From NCBI RefSeq assembly GCF_964204645.1, contig NC_134028.1, positions 4,278,001 through 4,342,000 on the forward strand: 64,000 nucleotides of DNA. Direction: 5' to 3'. The DNA is from Tubulanus polymorphus (taxonomy: Eukaryota; Animalia; Nemertea). Numbering within the stretch: position 1 is the first letter of the stretch; every line of letters begins with the position of its first letter. Both the position numbers and the translations under genes were made by a program. Below, piece after piece: positions 14,494-27,300 of this stretch. A model generated the notes under the pieces. That model was not told the origin of the DNA. It was given only the letters and a program-made list of their open reading frames with translations, and did no database searches.

Positions 14494-17400
14494 TTATGTT
14501 TTCTTGTTGTCTTTGTGCAATTTACCCTGAAAATAGAGAACAATAATCATCAACATTCAATACTCAAGACTTTGTTGAGATTTAACTTTGAATCAGAGTG
14601 TAAGCGTCTAAGACTTTGGGAGCGTTCATAAATTACGTATCTCCATTGGGGGGAGGGGTTGTTACTGAATTTTGGTACAAAGTGGTACATGGGGGAGGGG
14701 GGTCAGCAAAAAAGGTACGTACTTTGAGGGAGGGGGGTATCAATCAATCTTGGTACGTACTTTATGTACCAAACTCAAATGAAAATAGCCGTTGGTGTTT
14801 TATCGGCTTTTAGTACCGGGTATATAAAATCAATAAACAAAAATACTTGCTTAATTCTTTTGTGACATCATAAATGAAATCAGGTATTTATATTTTTTTT
14901 TATTTGTGTTCTTTGCATCGATATAATTGGGGGGGGGGGGTGGTCATGGGTGCGATGGTACATACCTCAGAGGGGGGTCAGTGAATTTGGTACAAAGGTG
15001 GTACAAGGGGGAGGGGGTCAGAAAAACGGGAGATTTTGAGGTACGTAATTTGTGAACGCTCCCTTTTGAAATCTTACCGATGCAGATTGTTGCAATGTTC
15101 CATCGATGAACATATCAGGAATGTTATTACCGAAGTAGACTTTACTATTAGCAGCAATAGCTTGATATTTCAACATCTGTAGATATTCTGGGGTCAATTT
15201 TATCTGAAATTAGACATTAGTTTCATACAAACCTCGAAAATATCATTGCTGCATTGAGAATTCCCTCAGGATGGCAGCTTGCCGGAATTACCTTGTTAGA
15301 CTGGGCTTCCTTTTCTGCTCTATAAAAATCTGCTTCTGTTTTCGCTTTCATCTTGGCCAATAAAGTAAGATCTGAAACATCGCAAGATTACGCAATTTAT
15401 CAAACTCCTCCTTTGAAACTACTTCACTTAATCAGAGTTCATTATTTAGCATACCTTCTATTTCAGATATTTTTTTTTCTGATTCTTTCTCCATGATCTT
15501 TTGAGACCACTGAATTTTTGAGACAGCAGCATTTTTTTCAGCCTCTGAGAACAGAACATAACATAAAATTTGTTTAAACCAGCCAGCTGAAATACGGGTA
15601 GAAAATGTTAATTTCTTCAGGAATCTCAGGTACCTATAAGTGCTTTCTTTCTATCAGTTTCAGCTTCTTTTTCTATGACTTTTTGTTTTTGAATTGATAT
15701 CAGTAGTTTTGTCTTTTCGCCTTCCCTATAAGTGACACACAGAACCATGTATATATACCATGTCCATCAACTAATGAAGTCATTTAATTCATTCAACATA
15801 ATTACAGTCAACCCATCGGAGGGTTGACTGTACTAATGTATATTCACATACTTACATCAATTCATAGTTTTTACGAATAGTTTCTGGAATTTTAGGTTTA
15901 GTTACTCGCACAGCTTGAATCAACAACCCGGGAGCCATCATGTTTAAGTCTGCTTGTAAAGCTTTCTTTAGATTTTCATCAATTTGGTCTGAAATTGAAC
16001 AAGATGCATGTAATGAAATCATAAATTAGTGAAGAATCATGATGACCCAATTTCAGTGGACTAATTAACAGCTAATTGAGTGAGAAATCAACGTTGATGT
16101 TTGATCATCTATCAATCTTTTGACTAATTACTCAATTGTTAATTAGTCATAATTGATGAGTCTTCTCTGCGATGTCGCTCGATGTAAAATGTCACCAAAC
16201 CTATATAAACCCTCGAAAAATATCGGACAATCATCAAAATTCATTTTGATTCTCAAATGAACACCAGCATGGATTACGAAACAGCCGTCAAGAGATTCTT
16301 CGAGACCGAACGTCGATTCAACGAAGCTTGTAAAACAATCGTCAACATCGATCAGAAACTGAGTCGACTCGACGTACAGTTCAAACGCCTGAAACACAGC
16401 GGTCTACGTTCCTGTTACCTGAGTCGCAAAATACAGATCTCGACCCTCGAAGGCGTGCGATACGTTTATTTCCAATACGCGAACCAGAAAGCCGAAGAAA
16501 TGAACGAACTACGAAGAATCTGCGAACGCGAAGAAGAGATGATCATTGGAGCTGAATTAGAACTTATCGACGTCGAATGATGGAAGATCGTGGAAAACTA
16601 TATACTATCATCGGTCCAAAAGTGTGGACCCTTAAATCTCCCAGGAAGACCTAGTCTTAAACTCATTATGCAAAATCCAACCTCATACAGTCAAACTCAT
16701 ATGATCTGGCACATTGTACTGTCACTTTCGCATTACTGTAAATAGTATGTTTCGTAAATGAGAAAGTTTTTAGGGCATAATTCCAAGATGGTAGGTATTT
16801 ACTAAACGTAGGTTACAGGGGCAACTTCTGACCGAAGTACCAAGGGCTCCATTCCTAAACCGTCACAGTCCTACATAAGCCTTCTGGGGTATACTTTACT
16901 CATGTTATTCTGACAAATGGCATAAATCAGATAAAGAAGCAGGCACTCGCGAGAGACTATAGATTTATCTTACCGAATAGATCGATGTAGACCTCTTGTA
17001 AACTATGAATACTACAGAATTGATTCAGTTCATGATGTATCTTGTTATAAATCAGAGTTTTGTCGTAATCGGCGGTGAAATTCTTCACAATGTCATATAC
17101 TGAAAAACCAAAAAAACATTCATTTAATGAAGCGATAAGAAAAAGGACTTAAAGTATCATGAAAAAGTTTAATTGAACCCAGTGAGTAGTGGAAACCATT
17201 CAAACAAAATCTGGTAGAATGTAGAGTTATGGTAGAATACACTGTTTTGAGTGTTGAATCAAGTAGCTTTAAAAGCTGGGTTTTAGCAGGGTTTCATAAA
17301 TGAGGTTTTTAGTCATATCTACTATCTACAAACCAGCAGTTTCATGCAGTATGTTCACTACTTCAATACGTTCAAGGAAAATCGTCACACCACCACTGAA

Positions 17401-19353
17401 TAGACAAAAACACAACAGCCATCTACGTATTAGGGTGCAAATAAAATATCTGTGCAATTTTTGCAGAGCACTGAACTACGTAAAAATAGGAGCCCTCGAC
17501 ATTTTGTAAGGATTTAAGAACATTTCTGAAAGATGCGTTCTTCAATGTTGTACTTAGAGCTTTTTGAAAGCAGAAAGTGCACATGGATACAAGATTCCGA
17601 AACGCAAAGGAGTTATAGCAATAATAACACAACTACCATAGGGAAAGGAATTGCCATTTTCCCAAATTTGGCCCCGATGCTTCCGTTTCAGAACTTGTCA
17701 TATGGATATGGAAGTTAGCAAAGCAACATGTAAAACCAGCTGCATAAGGGAGCATTCATAAATTACGTACCTCCATTAGGGGGGAGGGGGGTTACTGAAT
17801 TTTGGTACAAAGTGGTACATGGGGGGTGGGGGGGGGATGTGTCAGCAAAAAAGGTACGTACTTTGAGGGAGGGGGGTATTAATCAATCTTGGTACGTACT
17901 TTATGTTCCAAACTCAAATGAAAATAGCCGTTGGTGTTTTATCGGCTTTTAGTACCGGGTATAAAAAATCAATAAACAACAATACTTGCTTAATTCTTTT
18001 GTTACATCATTAATGAAATCAGGTATTTATATTTTTTTTGATTTGTGTTCTTTGCATCAATATAATTGATCATAGGTGCGATGGTACGTACCTAAGAGGG
18101 GGTCAGTGAATTTGGTACAAAGGTAGTACAAGGGGGGAGGGGGGTCAGAAAAACGGGAGATTTTGAGGTACGTAATTTGTGAACGCTCCCTAATAACGAC
18201 AATTCTACGTTGGTGTATTTATTTCAGCGTACATGTCGCTGGTGTGCAGCGGGCTTAACTCAGACTAACGAACAACATGCTATAAATGAATAGAAAGGAG
18301 GCATTTTAAACGACCCCTTTCAGATACACACCACTGGCAGGACTTAATAAATTAACAACTTCAATACGATCAATGTAGATAACGACTCCTCCGCTGTTAA
18401 TAGTAATAAATTAATGAAAATATCATTAAAAACTCCATGAATTCAGGATGTACAGTTAACTCTTGGTTATCCGCCGCTGATGGGACCGATATCTTGTTAG
18501 TGGATAATTGAGGCCGGTGGACAACTGGACTCAGTTCCACAGTTGGATACTGAACATGATTTTAATTGACAATGAACTACATTTTTGATAGCAGGGTTTA
18601 AGAATTTCTGTGGACAACCAAGGATGGCCGATAATCAAAGGTTGACTATTTTTGATGTTAAGATATTCAAGAAGATTTAACCTGCTTATTCATTTTTCAG
18701 AGATCTGAAGTTTTTGCTAATCGAAGTCTAAGAACGATTTTCTTTATACTCACCTTGTGCCGCAAGGCACATTTTTCACTTCGTCAGTTTGTAAGGTAGT
18801 CTGAAAATAGCAGCAAAGTAATCAAGAAATGACTGTTACACCGATATCAATCTCATTATTTCAGAGTTAATGAGCAAAACCCACAGTAGTTGATATTTTG
18901 AATTACTGTGTATCATTATCATGTTATTTTCGTTTCCCTGATGATGAAGTTTAGTCAAAAACTTCATAACTATCAGGAAAAACTGTTCAACGACTTTTTG
19001 AAAAATAAAGAAATGAATAATCAGAAATACACCGTTGGCGAGATGGAGTAAATTGATACGAACCTGCACCGAACGAAAAGTTGTTAATACTGGAAACATA
19101 ATGTGGAAACCGGGACCTGTCGTCGTTCTTAGTAACGCTCCACCCTGAAAAATAATTCAGTTACTCCGCGTTAAGTTTCGTGATAAGGGGTAAGATTACT
19201 CAAAGCTGGGCTTTTCGTCATTTCACATAAAGACAATCCTACCCGATAGTAAACTCCGACATGTCCTTCTTCAATTTTATGCAAAGAGAAATTGAGAAAT
19301 AAGGCGGCCAAACCAATCGCTACAGCGAGTACAGTACCTACAGCCGCCGGCAT
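14494..19353 (-). CDS. ERLIN: Erlin (SPFH/band-7 ER lipid-raft protein). 11 coding exons: 19353-19243, 19144-19064, 18800-18754, 18393-18332, 17099-16974, 15988-15856, 15725-15634, 15544-15455, 15371-15292, 15203-15078, 14526-14494; 326 aa
   Basis: The spliced translation contains [72 protein letters not shown] and [24 protein letters not shown]. All introns are GT-AG and the exon total (981 nt) keeps frame. Confidence 0.96.
14618..15063. mobile_element. PIF/Harbinger (Tourist-like) MITE, copy 1, in the last erlin intron
   Basis: TIRs GGGAGCGTTCATAAATTACGTA / TACGTAATTTGTGAACGCTCCC, 3-bp flank TTT on both sides, no ORF. Near-identical to 17748-18190. Confidence 0.9.
15805..15830. mobile_element. 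Collapsed Tc1/mariner (pogo/Tigger-type) MITE remnant
   Basis: TA-CAGTCAACCC-ATCGGA-GGGTTGACTG-TA: a perfect 10-bp inverted repeat with CAGT ends and a TA duplication. Confidence 0.65.
16257..16580 (+). CDS. Intronless 107-aa predicted coiled-coil protein of unknown function, nested antisense in erlin intron 5
   Basis: ATG...TGA ORF with C/G-rich third codon positions inside an AT-rich intron. TATATAAA at 16202-16209. Amphipathic heptad-like pattern. A second in-frame ATG at 16269 has a strong context (AGCATGG). Confidence 0.75.
   Translation: MNTSMDYETAVKRFFETERRFNEACKTIVNIDQKLSRLDVQFKRLKHSGLRSCYLSRKIQISTLEGVRYVYFQYANQKAEEMNELRRICEREEEMIIGAELELIDVE
17748..18190. mobile_element. PIF/Harbinger (Tourist-like) MITE, copy 2, in erlin intron 4
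   Basis: Same TIRs as copy 1, with an exact TAA target-site duplication (17745-17747 and 18191-18193), typical of PIF/Harbinger. Confidence 0.92.
18453..18648. mobile_element. pogo/Tigger-type MITE, decayed
   Basis: TA-CAGTTAACTCTTGGTTATC ... GATAATCAAAGGTTGACTA imperfect TIRs. Confidence 0.55.
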
Positions 19354-21326
19354 ACTGAAATCATCTGAAACAATGACCACACATAATATACTATGATGAC
19401 ATGTTCACCAGACCAGCAGTTGTTAGTACACGCTCTACAGCCATACAGGCCAGGGGCGCGTCGCTGTTTAGGGGGTGTAGGCCTAGTAGGTTGTATGTCC
19501 AAAAAGGTAGTACTGAGATTGGAGGATCCAAGCTGCAACCCAAACTTCAACAACGTCGAACCCGTCATGCCTCTGCCTGGGCCAAATTCGGTTTTGGTAT
19601 CTAGTCGACTAGTGGTCGGAACTAATAACCGAATGCGCTTGATTTTCGAACTATTTCCGGAATATAGTTCCGACTATCGGACATTCGGTTTCGTTTAGTT
19701 CGACTATAGTCGACTCACTCAGAAAACCGAAGTGAGTGTGAGTGTGGACCGTGAGTGTGGACCGCCCTGTGAGTGTGGACCGTCCGGGGCCGGTGAATCT
19801 ATTGCCATTGGCTAAAACCTAACTGAATTTTATTTTTGATCGGAGATGACACAGATTTCTTTGTGCGTGGCGTCGGTTTTTTATTGTATTATTATTCGTT
19901 GACGTTGTTGAATGATGATCGCCATTAGTATAATACTAGATAAATCGTTTACAAACCTATAAAATATCAACGAAAGCTAAAAATCACTAAAGCTGACGAA
20001 TTATTTAGAACGCGGAAGTCAATTCCGGACTATCTGTGGAGCCACCCGCCGCCGATTCGTATTCGATCGGGTGCATCATGATAAATAAAATACAAAGTTG
20101 ACCAATACGGATAATTCCGTACGGACTCGTACGGATAATCCCGAAGGCTATTCGTACGGAACGGCGTATATTGACTTACGGACAACATAAAACTCATATT
20201 AAACTATTCGGGTCTCAGATGTTCGTACTTTGAATAAAATAATTGAATTTGGCGTTGAAAACGTTACTGTGGCAATGGACGATTCCTCACTTCCCTTCGG
20301 TACGCGAACCAGTCTCACTTAATCGCTTCCCTGTGCATAATTCGGAGTGCGGAGCAGTCCGATACTCGCTTTAGATGCCGCAATCATCTAATAAACTAAT
20401 TGAGCTACTGAATCACGAATTAATGAAGCATCATTTTAATCCACCTTCTCCCAGACTCTGGCACTCATTCGAATTTGATGATATTTAAAGATGATTATGA
20501 TAGCTGACTTTGAAATGTTACCGTGAGACCGAAAACCCTAAGCAAATGCCAACGATAATGGAGCCCTGGTTGTTGTAGAATATGTGTTATCATAATGCCC
20601 CAATAATTTTCCTTTCATTCTGATATCTCAGTCGTAATATCGACGTGAAGTCGCATTTTTTCTTAAATGGGTACGGTATCGATTTTTCAGACACGTCGAA
20701 TGTGTATGTACACGGCGACAATCTGTTACTGACGACAGCACCATCGGATGTCATACAAATATCTGATAATACTATGCCATATTGATAAACCTTGACAATT
20801 AGTTGAGAAGAGTTTTATAGCGGGTATATAGTCCATTCAGCTAGTGAGCCATCGTTTAGTGCGAATATAGTCGCTTACATTGTCGTGACTGTTGCCACAG
20901 TTACTTGCAGCATCAACCAGTACACTAATGTTCCCCCAATCGACTCGAGTATTACGCGCTGTGTTTGGTTTATTGCATGCATACTGGTCATTGTCGTGAA
21001 ACCCGCCCACACGTTTTTCGGGCAGGATGTTCCTGTAGCTGTGCGAAAAGTCTAGCGATGCCGAAATACCGACAGCAAACGGAAATCATTTCAGTGTAGC
21101 TGGTAGAATGTGGAATCGTTACCCATAACTGTTATCAGGAAGCTTGACGAAACTCTAAAATGGAATATGTTGTTTCCTGAGGAATTCGACGGAAAGGCTT
21201 CGAAATCAGACGCATTCGACTAATTGACATGTATCTTGATTCATTCACGAGAAGTCTTATTTAAAACGTTGCGTGCACTATACCGTATTGGATTAGCGAA
21301 CTTAGGTAGTATAACAGTAAGGCGCT

Positions 21327-24300
21327 ATGTCACGTAAAGTAGAATTCGACGTTAATGCCGTTATTGAACAGCTTCTCTCAGTCAGGGATAATCCTGGAAA
21401 ACAGGTAAAACATATCGATTCCATAAAGAGAAAGTATTTCTTTTTTTCTAAATTGGTCGCTTCATTTTCGTTTAATTCAGTTGAATAGCAAAAACTACGC
21501 AAAAAACAATGCACACAGTTTTCAGTTGATGTAGATCGGCACTTTTCTCACCCACTGCTCAGACCAGAACAAATTTCGAAAGTTGAATCTATTGATGGGA
21601 CTTTAAAAAAATCTAATAAATTATACCGTGAAACATAGTTGATTTATGCGTAGATAAATTTACAGGACATTATTAAAGAGGCAATCAGGCAGATAAACTG
21701 CCTCATATTTCAGTCTGTTTAAATCAAACCCACAGAAGTGAATCCGCAGTTTTGATTACACACAGCTCGAGATAATTTCATCTTCTCCACTGAAATGAAA
21801 GATGATGTGAACTTGACAGTTAATAAATGATACGGCGGGGATGAGGCTTGCCACAAAAACAATGCAGCGCTTCTATTCCCGAAGGGAATTTCAATTTAGA
21901 ATCTGTCATAGTTGACATTCATCACCCTATACATTAATCACTCACAATCTTACCAACCAAAATATGTAAAGACATTATTGTTGTCCTTATCGTGAAACAG
22001 ATTGTCGTTAAGGAGGTCGGTTAGAATTAAGGCATGTAATATTGCTCTGGCAGGATGATCCGGAGTGGGTTTCGTAGAGGAAAGCTATTAAACTGATTTC
22101 ACTCTCCGAGAAAGGGGATCAGTACTATGGGAACTATCGACCAGTAACTACTGAACGTTTTCATCTGGACGAATTTTTTGGTTGTTGCCGTGTTTTAAGC
22201 CGCGACAATATTGATAAATTGACCGGTGCCGATTGACAAATAGTCAAACCGATTCGATAATGTTAGAACGTCATCAGACTAATGCGAAAAGATTACCAGT
22301 CACTCGCAATGGGATTAGTTCTGCCTTAATATATGTCATTTTTATTCATGACCTTTCTCTGTTTTATGAGAAGTCATCTAAACTGTCGGGAGCCCTTAAA
22401 CCCATGAGGAGCTCACTCTCATCGCACTCTCATCGGTTTTCCAGTTTCCATCAGGTTTTGGAGTTGAGCTTTTTTTCATTCACAGTCGTAGAACCGGGTT
22501 CCAAATGGCGATTTCCCCTAAAATTTTTGAAATCTACGTATTATAGCTTGAAGTGTATTTCGTCTTTGAAACAGCTATTGTTTCCCATTTCTATACACAC
22601 TTCTTTTAAGAAATAGTGAATTCGAAATTGAATTTTGGGAATTTGAAGTATCGGACATCGGGTTTGTTTATTTCTAAGGCAATCACTTTACAACTCACTA
22701 GTACGAGTATATATTTCGCTTAGTGTTGTTACTGGTTTATTGTATGGAACCGGTCGAAGTATTAGGTAATACCTAAACTCCCATACATCATAGTTACTGC
22801 ATCCCAGCCGATTGCGGAATTGGGTATCATTTCCTAGTAGAGTAAGCCAATTTGCTGCCGACATTTTCCAGTTGGTGTACATCTATTAATTAATAAAAGC
22901 CAGGATATCATTATGCTGCTGTGACTAATAAGAGTTTACAGTAAGCACTGAGTCTTGCTCATGAGGTCTTCGTGAGTTCAAGATTTTTTGCACCTATCAG
23001 GAATAGCGCCAACCATTTTCTACCTCAGGGTATATGATACTTTTATGTACCGTACCGTATTACGGAAACCAGGAAATGCTACTCTTAACAGATGGCAATT
23101 TTTGCTGGATTCACCACTTCAAGGGTTTCTAGTTGTGACATATGGGTGTTGCCTTTTCGAAATCATAATGCTTACAATGCATTATGTATGATCTGCATGT
23201 TGGGCGTATATAGATTAAATCTACGTTTTACCCTCGTTTAGTTGAAAAATCTCCCCTTATGAAATATTCTAGTCTAAATGTATTTGCTGAAATGTTTGAG
23301 TTACCGCGTGCGTTGGATGAATATTTGGTTAAACGTTTGCCTTTGACAGCTGGCGGAGTGTCAATTATGAACATCCAGCTATAGTGCCCGTAGGATAGGA
23401 ATTAGGCGTGTAACCTACGAAATGAATTCTGAGAAATTTCATATTAATAAAATCTGGCGAGTTGATGAAAATGTCACGCTCATCTAAAACTTGAGCGGAT
23501 GATATCGTTTTATTCGGTGTCTAGTTCCTGTTCTGTTCTACGGACCTCTATATAGTCAAACCCTTCAGAGCTATAGTGTGGTGATGCAGTACTGTAATTA
23601 TTTATCGCTGTGGACGAAAACATTTGCGAACGCATTACCTCTTGTGTTTGTCAACGTTAAGCAAACAATCTCTATTAAGAACAAACTCTTGTCCGATGAA
23701 TAATTAAAATCAAATCTACGTCCGTATATATTATATGTACAATGGAGGATAGGGTTGAATGTATTGATGGTGTCTGCATTTACCCAAGTATCCGATACCA
23801 AAATTTGTGCGCAGCACCCCAAAGACCATTTAAATAGTCTTATTACACATTAGTTGTGCATGCATGCGTCAAAGCTTTTTCGAAGGAGAATTCGGGAAAC
23901 TAATGAAGTTCCGCTCAGACATGTAACGAAATTATCGCCAGCCATTCGTCGATGCATACTACATGCAATCGTGACAATCCTGAATGCGTAACACTGTACC
24001 ACGACATTTCCCGTTCCCCAGCCAGTTCTGTGTGAAAAGATAGCTTTATTTCAATGATTTCGTTAATTGAATCCGGTCTGAAAACACCAGTGACGCTAAA
24101 CTTGTATTTGTAAAGACTATGGGTGGATGATGAGGGATTTAACGTAAACGGGTAGTTGCTCCACTCGTGACGAGAACATATCTAAAAGAATGCCGGTTTG
24201 CAGTCATCAGCTTTGTTATATCGAGTTAACATTCTATATATTTTACCATAATCTCCATCAATTTTCACGGTACTTGTTTGACCTAATGAAGCCATGATGT

Positions 24301-27300
24301 AATCCTTTGATAAATGCGCGTGTTCTTCGCGCTAAATTGATATCTTAGATACCGCTAAATACCATAATACTCGGGTACATCCTTTTATTGCGGATTTTCT
24401 GATCTTTTATTAGGTACAACTACCCGAAATGCAGATACGTCAGTTATGTCAGCTATCACGGGCGATTTTCTTGGAACAGCCAAATCTCATCGAATTAGAA
24501 GCCCCTGTAAATATCTGTGGGGACATACACGGCCAGTATGAAGACTTATTGCGACATTTCGATAAGTGTGGGTACCCGCCTGAGGCAAACTATCTCTTTC
24601 TGGGAGATTACGTGGATAGGTGAGTTATTAACGTCATTCTCAGCAGGAGAATTCACTTTTCGCTCACCAAAATAAGCTATTTGCTAAAGTGAAATTGAAA
24701 TCTTGATCATAGTCTGCGCATGCATATACGAATACGTATGTAAGTGGATAGACATTATTTCCAGAAGTATATTTGCCATTCTTTACATACATAATCAAAA
24801 TGAATTGACGAAAGCATGAAAAATGCCATGAAAACAACCGCCTTCTTCCGATTCGTATATCTCGCATATGAAGCAGGCTTGAATGAAAAGAGAACTGATA
24901 AAGAAAAAGTCTTCGCATAAAGCTAGTACGATGTTATCAATTCGCTAGGCGATCCCACGAGGTATTCAGCTATAGCGGCAACATAATTAATACTTCATGG
25001 TTGTCATACGTAGTAATTAAACTACAGGCATCCTCAGTATGAGTTGTGATATATCCGTGAATCGCATTCATCTATCATTAATTACGACGATATCGATTCG
25101 CTTCCGATTATTCATACATATCATCGACTAAAAAAATATCTCATTGATCAGTGTCAATACTATATAGAAATACGTACGTGTATCTTATGTACATACGTCG
25201 GTAAATCGTAGAGATGACCTGCGATATACCGTATGTTAGATGGCAGAATCCGAACATATGCTACAGCGATGTTTACATCGTGAAAACAATTTGAATAATA
25301 TAAACTCCTAAAGAGATAATGTAATCTTGCTAAAGTTATACAATATCTTCCAAAGATAAAACATTGAAAAAACGGGTATTTTGAACGGATTCATTCCTGG
25401 TAATATATCTACTAAAATGAAATTGTTGCTGTTCATTTTTCTTTCCAGAGGTAAACGTTCGCTGGAAACGATATGTCTAGTTCTAGCGTACAAGATTAAG
25501 TATCCAAATAATTTCTTTCTGTTGAGAGGAAACCATGAATGTGCCAGTATCAACAGGTACGTAAATTATTGCCCGTTGCACTAAAAAACCGCTTGATCGA
25601 TTTATTACTCGAGTTTGGGAGCAGACGTTATTATGTATAATTAATTGATTACGATATTTTTCTGTGTTCATTTGTTCTTCTGGTTTTCGAGTCAGGATGC
25701 GATGTGAAAATATATAAAATAGGTTCTGTACCCTTCATAAACATGAATCTGTAAACGATATAATGATCCATGTTTTATATCACAATGGGGGTATATTATG
25801 AGATGATACAGAGTCCTGTCACAGCCAGCGGCAGAAGCGATTGCTCCGTTGCCCTATTGGTTTAAAGCCGCTTCGTCAGTTCTGGTATTGACATTGCAGA
25901 TGATAATTATCCGCCTGAGAGTCGATGGTGTATACGTATGAAATTTGAGTGGCAAAGGAAACGTATATTACTATTTCTGAGGTATCATTATGATTTCCGG
26001 CAAATGAGCGACAACCACTTCAGATATACATACACATATGACGTCATCGGAAATTAGAGCACGGAGTTAAACCATGGACACTGCGACAAGATTAGTGTTA
26101 CAGTTATATGCTCTTTTTTATCATTTATGTACAGGTGACATTGCCATTTTTGACTTTGCGACCAACTTCCGCCAATTGCATTATATAAAACGGTGACAGA
26201 TCTATGAAATTACCCATAATCAACTTCTTTCATTTCCTTGACACTTTTCTTTTTCTTCCTGGTGGTAATTAAGAAATGAATTGTGGAAATGAAGCTTCGT
26301 ACTGTTTATAACTGATATTCACATCGATTCACTCTTCTTTCAAGCCACAGTGTGTTGAACAACTGCATTTAAATGATAAACTGTAGTTTTGAGCTCAAGG
26401 AGAAACATGAACGTTTTCTTGGCCGCCGGTCGATTAAGAATGTGTACTCGAGTTGACAAATGAACCCACAATTGATGATATGTAAATTATTGTTCTAAAG
26501 TTCATCATCATCATTGACGGATCTTTAGAAGGCTTTTGATCCGTTTCGATGTCTCACTTAGTGTTGCCGTACGGCAGTATCCCAGCTTTCGCGTTTGGAA
26601 ATTGGCATTTAATCTTAGTAATATTCGCATTGAAGAACAAAATATCGTTGTTCTAAGATACTTGATTAAATTTATCACAGTATTTGTGTGAATCAACGTA
26701 AGATAATTTTTCCAAACACTCATGATTTGCAGGCACATTTTCGAAAATGAATCTATGATCGATAGGTTTATTTGTCAATATGAATGTGTTTTTTTTTCAT
26801 AAGACGCCTTATAGTGCAACTCTGTGCAGTTCCCGTCTGCTGGGTGAAAGCTCTCCTCGTGAATAAATCTATTCAACGTGCAACGAAATAAGTATAGATT
26901 CTGTTCTTATTCTGTCAGATATTCGCACGGATAATTATGGGAATTAGCGCATAATTTGATATAGTTGCGAATTCTTACGGTGTGACACGTTGTATAGCGT
27001 TTGATGACATGCTAACGTCGTCGTAGTCTAGGAGTCTTGTTTCACTGAAATATCAACTCGTATCATCGTGTAATCCGACGACTGTTACGGCGTAATCTAG
27101 ATTACAAGCAACTAACTTCGATGGGAAAATCAACTATCCATGCACCATACATCGTCACATCATATCCCGCGGTAATATGAAGAATAATGATTTGTTAGAC
27201 TTCAAGTCGGAGACAGTATACATACACGTCCCTGTGAGGGGTGTTCGTGGGTAGCGAATTAAGTCATAATTTCCATTGGAAGGATGTCTATTATTAGCAT

